This document shows positions 20,293 through 30,329 of a stretch of 38,866 nt of DNA, piece after piece. Under the pieces are notes generated by a model. It worked only from the letters and a program-made list of their open reading frames with translations. It was not told where the DNA came from and searched no databases. Source of the DNA: a virus (lineage: Duplodnaviria > Heunggongvirae > Uroviricota > Caudoviricetes); IMG/VR virus record IMGVR_UViG_2695420485_000017. One strand, 5' to 3'. The first letter of the stretch is position 1, and every line of letters begins with the position of its first letter. A program made the translations under genes and the position numbers.

Positions 20293-20535
20293 TTATGCTC
20301 CGGTGGTGAACAGGTCTAACGCTTCCTTCGATTTACGCACCGCTTCGATAGTGCGGGTCGTGATATCCGAATTAGCGCCGCCTGACTGGAAGTGAATTTT
20401 GAATAGCTCAAGCTTCAGCTCGTCAGTGCCAATGAACTGAAATGCTTCTTCTGCGGCTGCGTTCTGGTTCATGACCAGTTTGTAAATCTCTAACTGGAAT
20501 TTCTGTTCTTCAGTCATGGGAATAATCTCTGCCAT
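20293..20535 (-). CDS. Hypothetical protein upstream of terminase
   Basis: 80-aa ORF with ATG start, 2 nt upstream of terS start. Confidence 0.5.
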   Translation of the reverse strand: MAEIIPMTEEQKFQLEIYKLVMNQNAAAEEAFQFIGTDELKLELFKIHFQSGGANSDITTRTIEAVRKSKEALDLFTTGA

Positions 20536-20889
20536 TGTTGGCTCCGTTTATCCGTTAAAAGGGATATCAGTTAAGTTATCCCGTGTAGGGTATAAGCCAT
20601 TGTCGAGACCACTCATTGAATGGCCTCTGCAATAACCGATGTCTTTCCATCAGTCCGCCACCACAAAGAATCTTTTTTGCCATAAGGCAGGAGGTTCATC
20701 TTTCAGTGGCTGCCAGTGTTATTTCCCCACTTACTGGCTTGGGTTGTTTCGTGGTACTGCCGTTAACTGGTGGCGCACAGATTTAGTTAAATCCGTTCTC
20801 GCATGATCCAGCTTTTACATACCTGGATTGTGAGGGATGTAAATCACGGTTTCATTATCAAGCCCACCTGTAGATGGGCTTTGGAATGG

Positions 20890-21408
20890 TCACTTTGGCA
20901 GTCCGGGGATCGATATTTGCGCCTGCTGCTCAAGCCTTTCGATTCTTGCTATGAGTTGCGGTTTTTTGATCCTGCCCCAGCGGTTCAGCAAGCGTCCTGA
21001 CATACTGGCAACATCCTTTTCCTTCATGAACTCCAGCATTAACTCGTTGTGCTCTCTTTGGTATGAGTGAGCCAACTCCATCAGCCTGTCACGCATCCAA
21101 TTAAATGCTTTGATAAACGCCTCTTTGATGGCGGCAGCTTTTTTGCCGGTAAACGACATGATGATGTACATCGCGCCGTCTTTGGAAATTTCATATTCAA
21201 CATACTGATTACCCTTGTGTTCATAGGTAACCCGCGAAAAGTTGCTGGTTAGAAATTCATCCGAACAGTCTAGCTTTTCGATTTTCTGAATGATGTGGTG
21301 ATGCTGCTTGTCGAAGTAAGCTGCTACCTTGCGGGAGGTTGTGATCACGCGATCACCAGAAACAACCACCATGTCCCGGAAATCGAGATTAGCCAATTGA
21401 TGATTCAT
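20890..21408 (-). CDS. rha: Rha-family phage regulatory protein
   Basis: N-terminus MNHQLANLDFRDMVVVSGDRVITTSRKVAAYFDKQHHHIIQKI typical of Rha family; start taken at internal ATG 21408. Confidence 0.7.
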   Translation of the reverse strand: MNHQLANLDFRDMVVVSGDRVITTSRKVAAYFDKQHHHIIQKIEKLDCSDEFLTSNFSRVTYEHKGNQYVEYEISKDGAMYIIMSFTGKKAAAIKEAFIKAFNWMRDRLMELAHSYQREHNELMLEFMKEKDVASMSGRLLNRWGRIKKPQLIARIERLEQQAQISIPGLPK

Positions 21409-21554
21409 AGCGTCTTTACCTTTTAGAAAGTGAGCCTGTCTCACAGAAAAGCCGCCCCGAGATGGTCGCCACCATATACGGCAGTTCTCAGGCTCAACTT
21501 TCTGAAAGGCTCGGGTGATGTAATATGCGCGTGAGATGCGCTGTGAAATTCAGA

Positions 21555-21582
21555 TGTAAAAAAGCCCCGCGAATGCGAGGCT
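21555..21582 (-). terminator. Rho-independent terminator between Rz and rha
   Basis: AGCCTCGC-attc-GCGGGGCT hairpin followed by TTTTTT on minus strand. Confidence 0.6.
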
Positions 21583-21755
21583 AAATCCTGGTATTTGTAA
21601 TGACTGGCTCTTATCTCAACGCAGCCCCTTACCGCGCGCCAGATGCTCAATATCAAGCATCAGCAATGAGATGTTTAATCTGGATTCACTCCAGAAGTGA
21701 TCATCACCCTGTCTACAGAGCCAGATGTGAAGGATGATGAGTAAAATTATCGCTA

Positions 21756-22223
21756 TCATCGAAGGCATTGCGTCCTGATGTATTCCTGAAGCGTTCTCAG
21801 TGCTGTTTGGTCGCGGATAATTCCGTCCCGGACACCGAGAACGTTTCGTCCAGCAACTGGAGAGAGTTCGACGGTGGCATCATTGCCCATGCCGGAGGCG
21901 CTGGAGGTTTCGTCTGAGGATGGCACAGGGCATTTTCCTTTGACGAGCACCCTGCCACCATTATCAAGCTTGCGCCGAAGAGCATCATTTTCAGCTTTCG
22001 CATCAGCTAACTCCTTCGTGTATTTAGCATCGAGTGCATCAGCATCGCGCTGGCGCTGCTGAATGTCAGTAATGGTGGCGGTCGCCTGCTTCAGCTCACT
22101 GACTTTTTTATCACGCTGTTCTTTGTAGGCGATGGCATTATCACGGTAATGATTAACAGCCCATGACAGGCAAACGATGATGCAGATAACCAGAGCGGAG
22201 ATAATCGCGGTTACTCTGCTCAT
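21756..22223 (-). CDS. Rz: Spanin inner-membrane subunit Rz
   Basis: 155 aa, N-terminal TM segment, lambda Rz-like; follows endolysin. Confidence 0.9.
   Translation of the reverse strand: MSRVTAIISALVICIIVCLSWAVNHYRDNAIAYKEQRDKKVSELKQATATITDIQQRQRDADALDAKYTKELADAKAENDALRRKLDNGGRVLVKGKCPVPSSDETSSASGMGNDATVELSPVAGRNVLGVRDGIIRDQTALRTLQEYIRTQCLR
21797..22003 (-). CDS. Rz1: Spanin outer-membrane lipoprotein Rz1 (embedded in Rz, +1 frame)
   Basis: [19 protein letters not shown] lipobox followed by Pro-rich stretch; nested in Rz as in lambda. Confidence 0.8.
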   Translation of the reverse strand: MRKLKMMLFGASLIMVAGCSSKENALCHPQTKPPAPPAWAMMPPSNSLQLLDETFSVSGTELSATKQH

Positions 22224-22696
22224 ACCTCAATCTCTCTGACCGCTCCGCCAGCCTCTTTGAATTTTGCAATCAGGCTGTCAGCCTTATGCTCGAACTGACC
22301 ATAACCAGCGCCCGGCAGTGAAGCCCAGATATTGCTGCAACGGTCGATAGCCTGACGGATATCACCGCGATCAATCATCGGCAAAGCGCCACGTTCCTTA
22401 ATCTGCTGCAGCGCAACAGCGTCCTGGCTTTTGGGAGAGAAGTCTTTCAGGCCAAGCTGCTTACGGTAGGCATCCCACCAACGGGAAAGAAGCTGGTAAC
22501 GTCCGGCTGCTGTTGATTTGAGTTTTGGGTTTAGCGTGACAAGTTTGCGAGGGTGATCGGAGTAATCAGTGAATAGCTCTCCGCCTACAATGACGTCATA
22601 ACCATGATTTCTGGTTTTCTGCCGTCCGTTATCAGTTCCCTCCGACCACGCCAGCATATCGAGGAACGCCTTACGTTGATTATTGATTTCCACCAT
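22220..22696 (-). CDS. R: Endolysin R (lytic transglycosylase)
   Basis: 158 aa, near-identical to recalled lambda R ([26 protein letters not shown]...). Confidence 0.95.
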   Translation of the reverse strand: MVEINNQRKAFLDMLAWSEGTDNGRQKTRNHGYDVIVGGELFTDYSDHPRKLVTLNPKLKSTAAGRYQLLSRWWDAYRKQLGLKDFSPKSQDAVALQQIKERGALPMIDRGDIRQAIDRCSNIWASLPGAGYGQFEHKADSLIAKFKEAGGAVREIEV

Positions 22697-23003
22697 CTTC
22701 TACTCCGGCTTTTTTAGCAGCGAAGCGTTTGATAAGCGAACCAATCGAGTCAGTGCCGATGTAGCCGATGAACACGCTCGTTATATAAGCGAGATTGCTA
22801 CTTAGTCCGGCGAAGTCGAGAAGGTCACGAATGAACCAGGCGATAATGGCGCACATCGTTGCGTCGATTACTGTTTTTGTAAACGCACCGCCATTATATC
22901 TGCCGCGAAGGTACGCCATTGCAAACGCAAGGATTGCCCCGATGCCTTGTTCCTTTGCCGCGAGAATGGCGGCTAACAGGTCATGTTTTTCTGGCATCTT
23001 CAT
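22680..23003 (-). CDS. S: Holin S (dual start MKM)
   Basis: 107 aa, near-identical to recalled lambda S holin. Confidence 0.95.
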   Translation of the reverse strand: MKMPEKHDLLAAILAAKEQGIGAILAFAMAYLRGRYNGGAFTKTVIDATMCAIIAWFIRDLLDFAGLSSNLAYITSVFIGYIGTDSIGSLIKRFAAKKAGVEDGGNQ

Positions 23004-23404
23004 GTCTTACCCCCAATAAGGGGATTTGCTCTATTTAATTAGGAATAAGGTCGATTACTGATAGAACAAATCCAGGCTACTGTGTTTAGTAATCAGATTT
23101 GTTCGTGACCGATATGCACGGGCAAAACGACAGGAGGTTGTTAGCGCGACCTCCTGTCACCCGCTTTCACGAAAATCATGTGTAGAAGGCCGCAGCATAA
23201 CTATCACTGATGAATTCAGGATAGCCAGTGGCTACGGCTCAGTTATGGTGTGCTGTTGCTGGGCGGCGATGACGCCTGTACGCATTTGGTGATCCGGTTC
23301 TGCTTCCGGTATTCGCTTAATTCAGCACAACGGAAAGAGCACTGGCTAACCAGGCGCGCCGACTCTTCACGATTATCGACTCAATGCTCTTACCTGTTGT
23401 GCAA

Positions 23405-23447
23405 ACAAAAAAGCCACCGTTGCAACTTAAGAGTCACTAACGGCAGC
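23405..23447 (-). terminator. Candidate tR'-like terminator of short late leader RNA
   Basis: Imperfect hairpin (GCTGCCGTT...AACGGTGGC) followed by TTTTTTGTTTG about 40 nt downstream of candidate PR'. Confidence 0.45.
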
Positions 23448-23457
23448 TTACCTTCTA

Positions 23458-23487
23458 ATTATGGCTAAATGGATAATTGCATGTCAA
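23458..23487 (-). promoter_or_regulatory. Candidate late promoter PR'
   Basis: Minus strand -35 TTGACA, 18-nt spacer, -10 CATAAT, overlapping the Q stop codon. Confidence 0.5.
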
Positions 23488-23983
23488 GGCTTTTAACAGC
23501 AACATGCTTAACTTTCTCAACACGTTTACGCATTTTGAAAGCATTTTGCATTGGCTGGTACAAAACAAATAACGACGCTTTCAGGATGTCGTCAATTTCG
23601 TTTCTACAGGTTGCCAGTGAAGGTTTTCTCCATCCCTCGCCACCACGTCCACACATCTTGCGTGGCTTTGCAGTCGCGTGATAGTAGGATGCAATTGCTC
23701 GCTTAGATGAACCATGAGCGTAGTAGCTGAGGAGGATGCCAAAGGCTTTCTTGTCAATGTACATGACGGAATCGACGACCTGAGAAATCAACATTCCATC
23801 ATCATCATTACACATTGGCCTTGTAATAACTCTTCCCGGCTCTACGCTCTCCATAAACTTCGCTATTACGCTGCTCATGCGCTTTTCCAGGCGACCTGAA
23901 TAAACCCATGCGCCCCACAGTTCAAGCCAGCCATTCAGCCACTCATGCTGTTCTTTGGTGAGGTTTAGTTCTCTTATGCCCAC
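23465..23983 (-). CDS. Q: Late-gene antiterminator Q-like protein
   Basis: 172-aa ORF between ninI and lysis cassette, with consensus promoter at its 3' end; not lambda-Q type; assignment positional. Confidence 0.6.
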   Translation of the reverse strand: MGIRELNLTKEQHEWLNGWLELWGAWVYSGRLEKRMSSVIAKFMESVEPGRVITRPMCNDDDGMLISQVVDSVMYIDKKAFGILLSYYAHGSSKRAIASYYHATAKPRKMCGRGGEGWRKPSLATCRNEIDDILKASLFVLYQPMQNAFKMRKRVEKVKHVAVKSLDMQLSI

Positions 23984-24645
23984 GCGCCTTCTCCCTGTAC
24001 TTGAATCAATGTGATGTTTCCGCAGAACACTGCGCCGGTATCGATATACATCTGGTTGGCAAACTTGAGTGGTTTCACTGCTGGCGTATGACCAAAGATG
24101 AACGTGTCCGCTCCTTTGATTTCTTTCACGATCCCGTCTTGTGAGTTGCTGATTCGTTCGCGGTTCCAGATTACCTGCTGATGATCAACTGGCTTTCCAA
24201 ATTCGTATTCGTCACAAGGATAATCGGCGTGGCAGATGACATATTTTTTACCTTTGCTCACCAGTTCGATGATTAACGGAAGTTCTTCTGCTTTATGGGC
24301 AAGAGCTTTAGCCAGAATTTCTTTGTCGTAATCGAGATTAAAGAACCAGCCACCGCCATTAAGCAGCCAGTGATTAACGTTTCCACGCTCTGATAAGCCA
24401 TCAATCATCATTTGCTCATGGTTTCCACGTACAGCTCTGAACCAGGGGAATGTGATTAATTCCATACATTCGACGTTCTCTGTACCGCGATCAACCAAAT
24501 CGCCAACCGAGATAAGCAGGTCTTTTTTGGCGTCGAATCCTATCGTCTCCAGTTTTTTCATCAGGTTCGTGTAGCATCCGTGCAGATCGCCAACTACCCA
24601 AATATTTCGGTATTTGCTGCCATCAATTCTTTCGTAATAGCGCAT
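23974..24645 (-). CDS. ninI: Ser/Thr protein phosphatase NinI
   Basis: GDLHG and GNHE metallophosphatase motifs; matches recalled lambda PPase from MRYYER; start at ATG 24645. Confidence 0.9.
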   Translation of the reverse strand: MRYYERIDGSKYRNIWVVGDLHGCYTNLMKKLETIGFDAKKDLLISVGDLVDRGTENVECMELITFPWFRAVRGNHEQMMIDGLSERGNVNHWLLNGGGWFFNLDYDKEILAKALAHKAEELPLIIELVSKGKKYVICHADYPCDEYEFGKPVDHQQVIWNRERISNSQDGIVKEIKGADTFIFGHTPAVKPLKFANQMYIDTGAVFCGNITLIQVQGEGAWA

Positions 24646-24829
24646 CTCTTTCACTCCATCCGCGATGAACCATAAGAACGTCGTTGACGATGGCGTGCAT
24701 TTTCCCGTCTTTATCATCAACGTATTTTCTGACCGTACCGCGACTACATTTCAGTCTGCGTGCTACTTCTGTCTGGTTTCCGTATGCTTCAACGAGCATG
24801 TCTGGAATGGTTTTTACTGAGAACGTCAT
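24623..24829 (-). CDS. ninH: NinH
   Basis: 68 aa [37 protein letters not shown]..., matches recalled lambda NinH. Confidence 0.9.
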   Translation of the reverse strand: MTFSVKTIPDMLVEAYGNQTEVARRLKCSRGTVRKYVDDKDGKMHAIVNDVLMVHRGWSERDALLRKN

Positions 24830-25437
24830 GCGGCCTCACTTCTGCTATTTCGCAGGTCTTTGAGTTTCTGTTGGTACTCTGCCTTGATCGCCTTGCACTC
24901 TTCGACAGTCCAGCGATGGCGGCTATGGTTTGATTCGATTTCGTCTACTGCTTCCTGCCCGATGCGGTTAATCAGTTCGACGCGATACGGAACGAGATTT
25001 CCGCTTTTGTGCTGGTTGCACACCACGCATTGCTTGTGAATATTGCGTTCATCAAATCGGAGTTGAGGTGCCGCAGCAGTTGTCCGGTAATGTCCTGCAT
25101 CCCACTGAGCAGACGTGAGCGTTCCGCACGAGATACATGGTAAGTCGCGGTCTCTTTCTCTGATGAAGGCGTTTACGGCTTGTTGGGCTTGTTTAATCCA
25201 GTAACTGCGGGGCTTTAAGGCGAGTTTTCGAATCTTAAGTTTATCTTTCTGTTTCTGCTCCTCTCGTCGCCGTTTCTTCTCTGCTGCTTTTTCCGTTTTT
25301 TCGCGTTCTTTGCTTCGTCGTTCGAGTGCTATCTTGGTTCCACACTCTGGAGAGCACCACCACTGATTAGCGAATGCAGGGTGAAACCATTCCCGACATT
25401 CTTCGTTTTTACATCGTCTTCGCGCTGGTTTAGCCAT
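24826..25437 (-). CDS. ninG: NinG (Rap) recombination protein
   Basis: 203 aa, [33 protein letters not shown]..., matches recalled lambda NinG. Confidence 0.9.
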   Translation of the reverse strand: MAKPARRRCKNEECREWFHPAFANQWWCSPECGTKIALERRSKEREKTEKAAEKKRRREEQKQKDKLKIRKLALKPRSYWIKQAQQAVNAFIRERDRDLPCISCGTLTSAQWDAGHYRTTAAAPQLRFDERNIHKQCVVCNQHKSGNLVPYRVELINRIGQEAVDEIESNHSRHRWTVEECKAIKAEYQQKLKDLRNSRSEAA

Positions 25438-25706
25438 TATGGTTCGCTCCAGTAATTCTCAATTGCAGCAGCCATTCTCTGCATCCACTCTGCCAGCTTT
25501 AACGCGGCTTCTCTTTCAGAACCACATTTAGGGAAATCCTTCATTTCCATGCTGGCCTTATATGTTCTGAATGCCAGGTCTCCGGTAATAACCAGCTCCT
25601 GATCAAGCACCGAGCGTTTATTCCGGTGTTGAACGTAATAGACAGATTCAGTCCGCATTTCTTCTCTGTCTTTTTTGAAGGAAATAAGCTCAGAGAAATC
25701 ACTCAT
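25437..25706 (-). CDS. Hypothetical nin-region protein
   Basis: 89-aa ORF, ATG overlapping ninF stop (ATGA); inserted between ninF and ninG, which are adjacent in lambda. Confidence 0.5.
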   Translation of the reverse strand: MSDFSELISFKKDREEMRTESVYYVQHRNKRSVLDQELVITGDLAFRTYKASMEMKDFPKCGSEREAALKLAEWMQRMAAAIENYWSEP

Positions 25707-25875
25707 CGTCTTCTTCCTCGTACATTGAGCTATTCGGATCGCTCATCAGTTCTGCACAGCAGTGCTCACACACGTGAACTTCCAGCACATGCAGCTTCTG
25801 ACCGCAGTTAGCGCACGTTAAAGCCCGCTCGACGCTTTCTTTCTGGTATTGAAGGGATTGGGATGGGCTAAGCAT
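25699..25875 (-). CDS. ninF: NinF
   Basis: 58 aa, below ORF-track cutoff; hand translation gives [58 protein letters not shown], as recalled for lambda NinF. Confidence 0.85.
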   Translation of the reverse strand: MLSPSQSLQYQKESVERALTCANCGQKLHVLEVHVCEHCCAELMSDPNSSMYEEEDDE

Positions 25876-26233
25876 TATTGGCGTCCTGCATCATGAGAAA
25901 GACAATCATGGCAGCGCGGAGTGGGTTTTCATCTTGAGTCATATGATATGGGGTACTATCACTGCCAACTTTTCTATGCGCTGCCTTCCATAATCCATTT
26001 TCTGGCGCTGGAATAATGCCAATTCTGTTCTCTACGATAATCTGCTCTGCGTCTGATGGGCTTTTACAGTAATCAACCGTTTTTATTGCATAACCAGTTT
26101 CGTCATCCCACTCAACACCAACGATTGATGTTCCCAACTTTGCGATTTCGCAATCTTCGGGAGCAAATCCACAGCAAATTGCCACTCGCTTGTTAATTTC
26201 AAAATCACTTAACTGTGAATAATCCATTGTCAT
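25868..26233 (-). CDS. NinX-like hypothetical protein
   Basis: ORF with ATG 26233 overlapping ninE stop; position between ninE and ninF. Confidence 0.55.
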   Translation of the reverse strand: MTMDYSQLSDFEINKRVAICCGFAPEDCEIAKLGTSIVGVEWDDETGYAIKTVDYCKSPSDAEQIIVENRIGIIPAPENGLWKAAHRKVGSDSTPYHMTQDENPLRAAMIVFLMMQDANNA

Positions 26234-26406
26234 TTCCTCGCACGATGTCTTAGCCACCGGATATCCCACAGGTGAGCCGTGTAGTTGAAGGTTTTTACGT
26301 CAGATTCTTTTGGGATTGGCTTGGGTTTATTTCTGGAGCGTTTCGTTGGAAGGTATTTGCAGTTTTCGCAGATGATGTCAGTGATACTTCGTCGCTGTCG
26401 CCTCAT
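26230..26406 (-). CDS. ninE: NinE
   Basis: [52 protein letters not shown]..., matches recalled lambda NinE; start at ATG 26406. Confidence 0.85.
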   Translation of the reverse strand: MRRQRRSITDIICENCKYLPTKRSRNKPKPIPKESDVKTFNYTAHLWDIRWLRHRARK

Positions 26407-26930
26407 GCCGCCCTCCTGACGACCTGCCCGATCGCCATCAATGCCGCTTTGGATACGGTAGTAAACATCCGTCGAGGACTGATGAACGGTCGCCAAATCA
26501 GCAGCATGGAACCTTTGCTGTTTCCCTTCTTCTCCAGCCCTGTCGATGGTTCGATAAAATTAATCCGTCCATCAGTGATAATGCGAACTTCGTCGACACT
26601 CTCCAGAGCCTTGCTGAACCATCCGACAGACATATCCTCTGGCACAAGCATAACTACCGTCTGTCGCTGTTGTATGCACTGCTCAGCAGCTTTTTCCACC
26701 CACGGCCTGATATTGCTGTACGGTGGGTTATTCCAGATTGCACCGTGGCTTACCCACTCAGAATTGAGCGCGTCGTCGGCCTCAGTTAGCCAGTGAGCAC
26801 ACAGAGCATTTTTGTCGCTCGCTGCCGAATCCAGCCAGAATCCAAACTCAATATCCAGTGCATCAAAAAGCCAAAGCGGCGTTTGCCAGCAGTCCTTGTC
26901 GTGTGCTGGCGTATTTGATTTGATAGTCAT
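26403..26930 (-). CDS. Phage Dam-like DNA N6-adenine methyltransferase
   Basis: NPPY motif (AIWNNPPYS) and [14 protein letters not shown]-terminal region; start ATG 26930 overlapping ninB stop. Confidence 0.75.
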   Translation of the reverse strand: MTIKSNTPAHDKDCWQTPLWLFDALDIEFGFWLDSAASDKNALCAHWLTEADDALNSEWVSHGAIWNNPPYSNIRPWVEKAAEQCIQQRQTVVMLVPEDMSVGWFSKALESVDEVRIITDGRINFIEPSTGLEKKGNSKGSMLLIWRPFISPRRMFTTVSKAALMAIGQVVRRAA

Positions 26931-27367
26931 GCAGCCCGATCTCCCCATCTCGCTTTCCACTCCAGAGCCAGTCTCGCTTCGTCTGACCACTTAACGCCAC
27001 GCTCTGTACCGAATGCCTGTATAAGCTCTAATAGCTCCGCAAATTCGCCTACACGCATCCTGCTGGTTGACTGGCCTATTACCACAAAGCCATTCCCGGC
27101 AAGGTTAGGAACAACGTCTTGCTGCTTTAATGCTGCGGTAAACACACACTTCCAGCTTTCTGCATCCAGCCAGCGGCCATGCCATTCAACCTGACGAGAG
27201 ACGTCACCAAGGCAAGCCCAAAGCTTTCGGTTTTGGTCTAAGCTACGGTTGCGTTCCTGAATGGTTACTACGATTGGTTTGGTTGGGTCTGGAAGAATTT
27301 GCTGTACTGCGTGAATAGCGTTTTGCTGATGTGCTGGAGATCGAATTTCAAAGGTTAGTTTTTTCAT
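26927..27367 (-). CDS. ninB: NinB recombination protein
   Basis: MKKLTFEIRSPAHQQNAIHAVQQILPDPTKPIVVTIQER..., matches recalled lambda NinB; start at ATG 27367. Confidence 0.9.
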   Translation of the reverse strand: MKKLTFEIRSPAHQQNAIHAVQQILPDPTKPIVVTIQERNRSLDQNRKLWACLGDVSRQVEWHGRWLDAESWKCVFTAALKQQDVVPNLAGNGFVVIGQSTSRMRVGEFAELLELIQAFGTERGVKWSDEARLALEWKARWGDRAA

Positions 27368-27383
27368 GACTTCCCTCTCCCCC

Positions 27384-27415
27384 AAATAAAAAGGCCTGCG
27401 ATTACCAGCAGGCCT
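27384..27415 (-). terminator. tR2-like terminator between helicase and ninB
   Basis: AGGCCTGC-tggtaatc-GCAGGCCT hairpin followed by TTTTTATTT. Confidence 0.55.
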
Positions 27416-27443
27416 GTTATTAGCTCAGTGATGTAGATGGTCA

Positions 27444-28895
27444 TCAGAATCCTCCTTTCTTCTTGGACTGCGGTTCCTCGCGTTCACGGCGGCGCATTTC
27501 AGCAGACTGTTGGTCTGTGTCATAAATAGCGCCATTTGCCTGAATGCAATACACCGTGCCGGTATTGCCATGACGATTGAGACGAAGGATTAGTTCGGTT
27601 TCACCAGGTGGAACACTGTCATCAAAAGCACCTTCACGATGGATCCCCACCCAATAATCGCAATCCTGTTCAATCTGCCCTGTATCTCGTGAGTCACTTG
27701 GTAATGGGCGTTTATTGGTTCGGCTTTCCAGTGCGCGGTTAAGCTGCGTCAGAAGCACAACAACGCAATCAAGCTCTTTGGCAAGGTTCTTCAGTCCTTT
27801 GGTGATCATGCCGTAAGCAAGGTCGTTGCGATCGGCCTTTTCAGCGGTCATTAGTGTCAGGTAATCGACCAGAATCATGCCAACACATCCTTTTTCTCGC
27901 TTGATTCGACGACTTTCGCTGACGATTTGAGCCAGAGATAATCCCGGCGTGTCGTCGATGTAAAGCAGGTCGATTTCACTCAAGCGATTAGCTGTTTCGA
28001 TCGCCCTGTTGAAGTCACCATCGTAATCACCCTGATAGCCGTCATCGGCGTCATTTGTCGCCGGAAGGTAAAAAATATTCGGGTTAACACCTGACTTCTG
28101 TCCTACCAGTTTTTCCAGTATCTGGTCACCTGGCATTTCAAGGCTGAACATCAGAGCGGGCTTTTTCTCATGAACTGCGCAGTTGATTGCCATCTGGCTG
28201 TATAGCGTCGTTTTCCCCATCTTAGGGCGAGCGCCAATGACAAACAGAGAGCCTTTCACCAGACCTTTCGGTGACAGCATCCTGTCCAGCGATGGGATAC
28301 CTGTGCTCATCCCTCGTTGTTCGCCTGACGGGTCAAATCGCTTCTCAAGGTCGCTAACCCAGTCTTCCATGACCTCGCCAAATGAGCGAAGGCCGCGACG
28401 CGATCCGGTTTTTGCATGGTCTGTCAGTTGCGTGAAAATCGCCTGAATAGCTTCGTACTTCTGCGTTGCAGTCATTCCGTTGCGGGAATAGAGCAATTCC
28501 GTCGCTTCAGTCATGCGGTTGATGGCGTAGCGTTCCATTGCGGTTTCGCGAACCTGCATTGCATAGGCAACGATGTTTGCGGCGCTTGGCGTGTTCTTTG
28601 CGATCTCAGCGATATAAGCAAAACCGCCAACAGACACCGTTAACGATTTGCGATCCAGTTCATCGAAAAGCGTCAGGCCATCTACTGGCTTTTGCTCCCG
28701 GTGCATTCTGGTTATTTCTTCGAAAAGGATTTTGTGTGGTCGGCTGTAAAATGAATCAGGCTTCAGCATCGCCAGAACTTTCTGGACGCGCTCACTGCTG
28801 TCATCATCCAGAAGCAATCCACCAATCACCGCCTGCTCTGCCTCGATGCTATGGGGCGGCGCATAAAAATTATCGGTCATCGTGTTCACCCTCAC
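27444..28895 (-). CDS. DnaB-like replicative helicase (P22 gene 12-like)
   Basis: 483 aa, Walker A GARPKMGKT, DnaB N-terminal domain; follows O-like gene; exact start (28895 or 28880) uncertain. Confidence 0.9.
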   Translation of the reverse strand: MRVNTMTDNFYAPPHSIEAEQAVIGGLLLDDDSSERVQKVLAMLKPDSFYSRPHKILFEEITRMHREQKPVDGLTLFDELDRKSLTVSVGGFAYIAEIAKNTPSAANIVAYAMQVRETAMERYAINRMTEATELLYSRNGMTATQKYEAIQAIFTQLTDHAKTGSRRGLRSFGEVMEDWVSDLEKRFDPSGEQRGMSTGIPSLDRMLSPKGLVKGSLFVIGARPKMGKTTLYSQMAINCAVHEKKPALMFSLEMPGDQILEKLVGQKSGVNPNIFYLPATNDADDGYQGDYDGDFNRAIETANRLSEIDLLYIDDTPGLSLAQIVSESRRIKREKGCVGMILVDYLTLMTAEKADRNDLAYGMITKGLKNLAKELDCVVVLLTQLNRALESRTNKRPLPSDSRDTGQIEQDCDYWVGIHREGAFDDSVPPGETELILRLNRHGNTGTVYCIQANGAIYDTDQQSAEMRRREREEPQSKKKGGF

Positions 28896-29760
28896 GAACT
28901 TTCAGGTAGGTATTATCGTTAAGCAGGAAATCAAATCCCTTTTTGTGCCAGACAGTTCCGCGTTGATGGTTTGGGCGCTCTTCGAACATCCATCGGCAAT
29001 TTTCTCCTACGTAGCTCAAATAATTTCTCCAGTCCTGCATCGTGAACCCATGCCCGTCAAGCTGGCGGGTTATCACTCCGGCTTTGCGCCAGAACGTTCG
29101 GATCTGGTTTTTACGCTTGTCATTCAGTGCGCGGATTCTTGGCGCTTCAGGAAGGATTTCGTGGTAAGCATCGACAACATCCTGACAGCTAACGGAAGGT
29201 TTTTTCTTGTCAGACTTTTTGTCTGCTGTGGCACTCTCTAATACGTCAGTATTAGAGATATTATTTATATTATTGTTTATGGACAACCGTTGGACAACCG
29301 TTGGACAATCTCCGCTGAGAGCCGCGCCATTACTGGTGTTTGCGTTGGACAACCGTTGGACAACCGTTGGACAATTTTTTGCCTGAAAATCGTCATATTT
29401 AACGATTGTAAACAGGCTAAATTTCTTCCCCATCGAGCAAATATTAAGCATCCCTTTCGACTCAAAAGTCCGTAATAAGCTCCGAACTTTGTTGTCGGGG
29501 ATGAATGTTTCTCTGACCAGCGACGGGCGTCCAGTTATCATCTGACCGCGATCAACAGTTATCGGACCGATATCCGTATTGACGACAGTAGATTCGTGAT
29601 TAGCCTTGAGGATTAAGTGAAGCCAAAGATGTACTGCCTGAGAGTCCTTATAGAGCCTGCTGTCCATAAACTGGCGGTGTATAGAGACATACCCCATACT
29701 GGATGCCTCCTGATGTTGTACAGGGTTATGCCTGTAATCAGCTAACTTAACGACGCCCAT
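28870..29760 (-). CDS. Replication initiator O-like protein (P22 gene 18-like)
   Basis: Iterons embedded in coding sequence encode repeated CPTVVQRLS; position after c1. Confidence 0.85.
   Translation of the reverse strand: MGVVKLADYRHNPVQHQEASSMGYVSIHRQFMDSRLYKDSQAVHLWLHLILKANHESTVVNTDIGPITVDRGQMITGRPSLVRETFIPDNKVRSLLRTFESKGMLNICSMGKKFSLFTIVKYDDFQAKNCPTVVQRLSNANTSNGAALSGDCPTVVQRLSINNNINNISNTDVLESATADKKSDKKKPSVSCQDVVDAYHEILPEAPRIRALNDKRKNQIRTFWRKAGVITRQLDGHGFTMQDWRNYLSYVGENCRWMFEERPNHQRGTVWHKKGFDFLLNDNTYLKVREGEHDDR
29281..29376. repeat. Replication origin iterons inside O gene
   Basis: Two clusters of TGGACAACCGT x2-3 separated by about 36 bp, flanked by AT-rich DNA at 29241-29280. Confidence 0.75.
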
Positions 29761-29908
29761 GTTTCACTCCTGCTTTGGCTAGTCTGTAAACACCAACAAG
29801 GCGCTCTGCGAACGCCCTGTTATTTGCTGCGGCTACCACTAATCCCTCAGGTGAATCAGGGTGTCGAATCTCTTCTTTTTCCTGGTATTTCTTACGACGT
29901 TTTGTCAT
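29747..29908 (-). CDS. Hypothetical small basic protein
   Basis: 53-aa ORF with GGAG RBS between c1 and O; overlaps O start by 14 nt; not in ORF track. Confidence 0.3.
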   Translation of the reverse strand: MTKRRKKYQEKEEIRHPDSPEGLVVAAANNRAFAERLVGVYRLAKAGVKHGRR

Positions 29909-29942
29909 AATTACTCCTGTGGATTGATCCAGTCTTTCTACA

Positions 29943-30221
29943 TCAGGCCTCGAAGAATTCGCCGTTCTTCGGGGCTTTTTCTTTTGTCAGCATTCTGGCT
30001 ACTTTCTTAGCCAGTTCCGCCAACTCCTCGTCTTCAACACCCCATTCAAGAACAGCAAGAAGCATTCCCATCTTTGGGATAAAGCTGTCTTTCCATCGCG
30101 AAATTTGCGATTCATTAATCCCTAACGCGTCGGCAACCTTTCGCTGACCACGTACAGCAATTCGATTTAGGATGTTGCTTGTAATTGCATTCGCTTTCTT
30201 GCGAGTACTTGTAAGTTGCAT
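29943..30221 (-). CDS. c1: CII-like transcriptional activator (P22 c1)
   Basis: HTH region VADALGINESQISRWK and motif IPKMGMLLAVLEWGV similar to lambda CII; start at ATG 30221 with AAGGAAA RBS. Confidence 0.8.
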   Translation of the reverse strand: MQLTSTRKKANAITSNILNRIAVRGQRKVADALGINESQISRWKDSFIPKMGMLLAVLEWGVEDEELAELAKKVARMLTKEKAPKNGEFFEA

Positions 30222-30279
30222 ATGTAAGTATTTCCTTAACAAATAAGAAGTTATACGCACCAACTGATGCGCGTTGTAT

Positions 30280-30322
30280 TCCCGCATTTCGGCGGGAATG
30301 AGGACCATGACTGTTAAAGAGC
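30280..30322 (-). promoter_or_regulatory. nutR (boxA and boxB)
   Basis: Minus strand boxA GCTCTTTAACA then boxB hairpin CCCGC-cgaaat-GCGGG, identical to the boxB seen at nutL. Confidence 0.6.
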
Positions 30323-30329
30323 AATTTGC

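Noticed and set aside
21441-21656. 71-aa minus-strand ORF upstream of rha
   Set aside because: Reads through a strong terminator hairpin and has no RBS; likely spurious.
23125-23162. Strong hairpin GACAGGAGGT...ACCTCCTGTC with a short T-run, first considered as tR'
   Set aside because: It lies about 300 nt downstream of the candidate PR', inside the lysis-gene leader; the T-run is short and interrupted. Treated as leader structure, not the late terminator.
27364-27444. 26-aa hydrophobic ORF (MTIYITELITGLLVIAGLFIWGRGKS) with AGGAGG RBS between helicase and ninB
   Set aside because: It coincides with a GC hairpin plus T-run that is better explained as a tR2-like terminator; the hydrophobic codons arise from the hairpin and T-tract. 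Kept as a terminator, not a CDS.
29281-29376. Short direct repeats resembling a repeat array
   Set aside because: Repeats are 11-bp iterons inside the O gene with an adjacent AT-rich region, i.e. a replication origin, not a CRISPR array.
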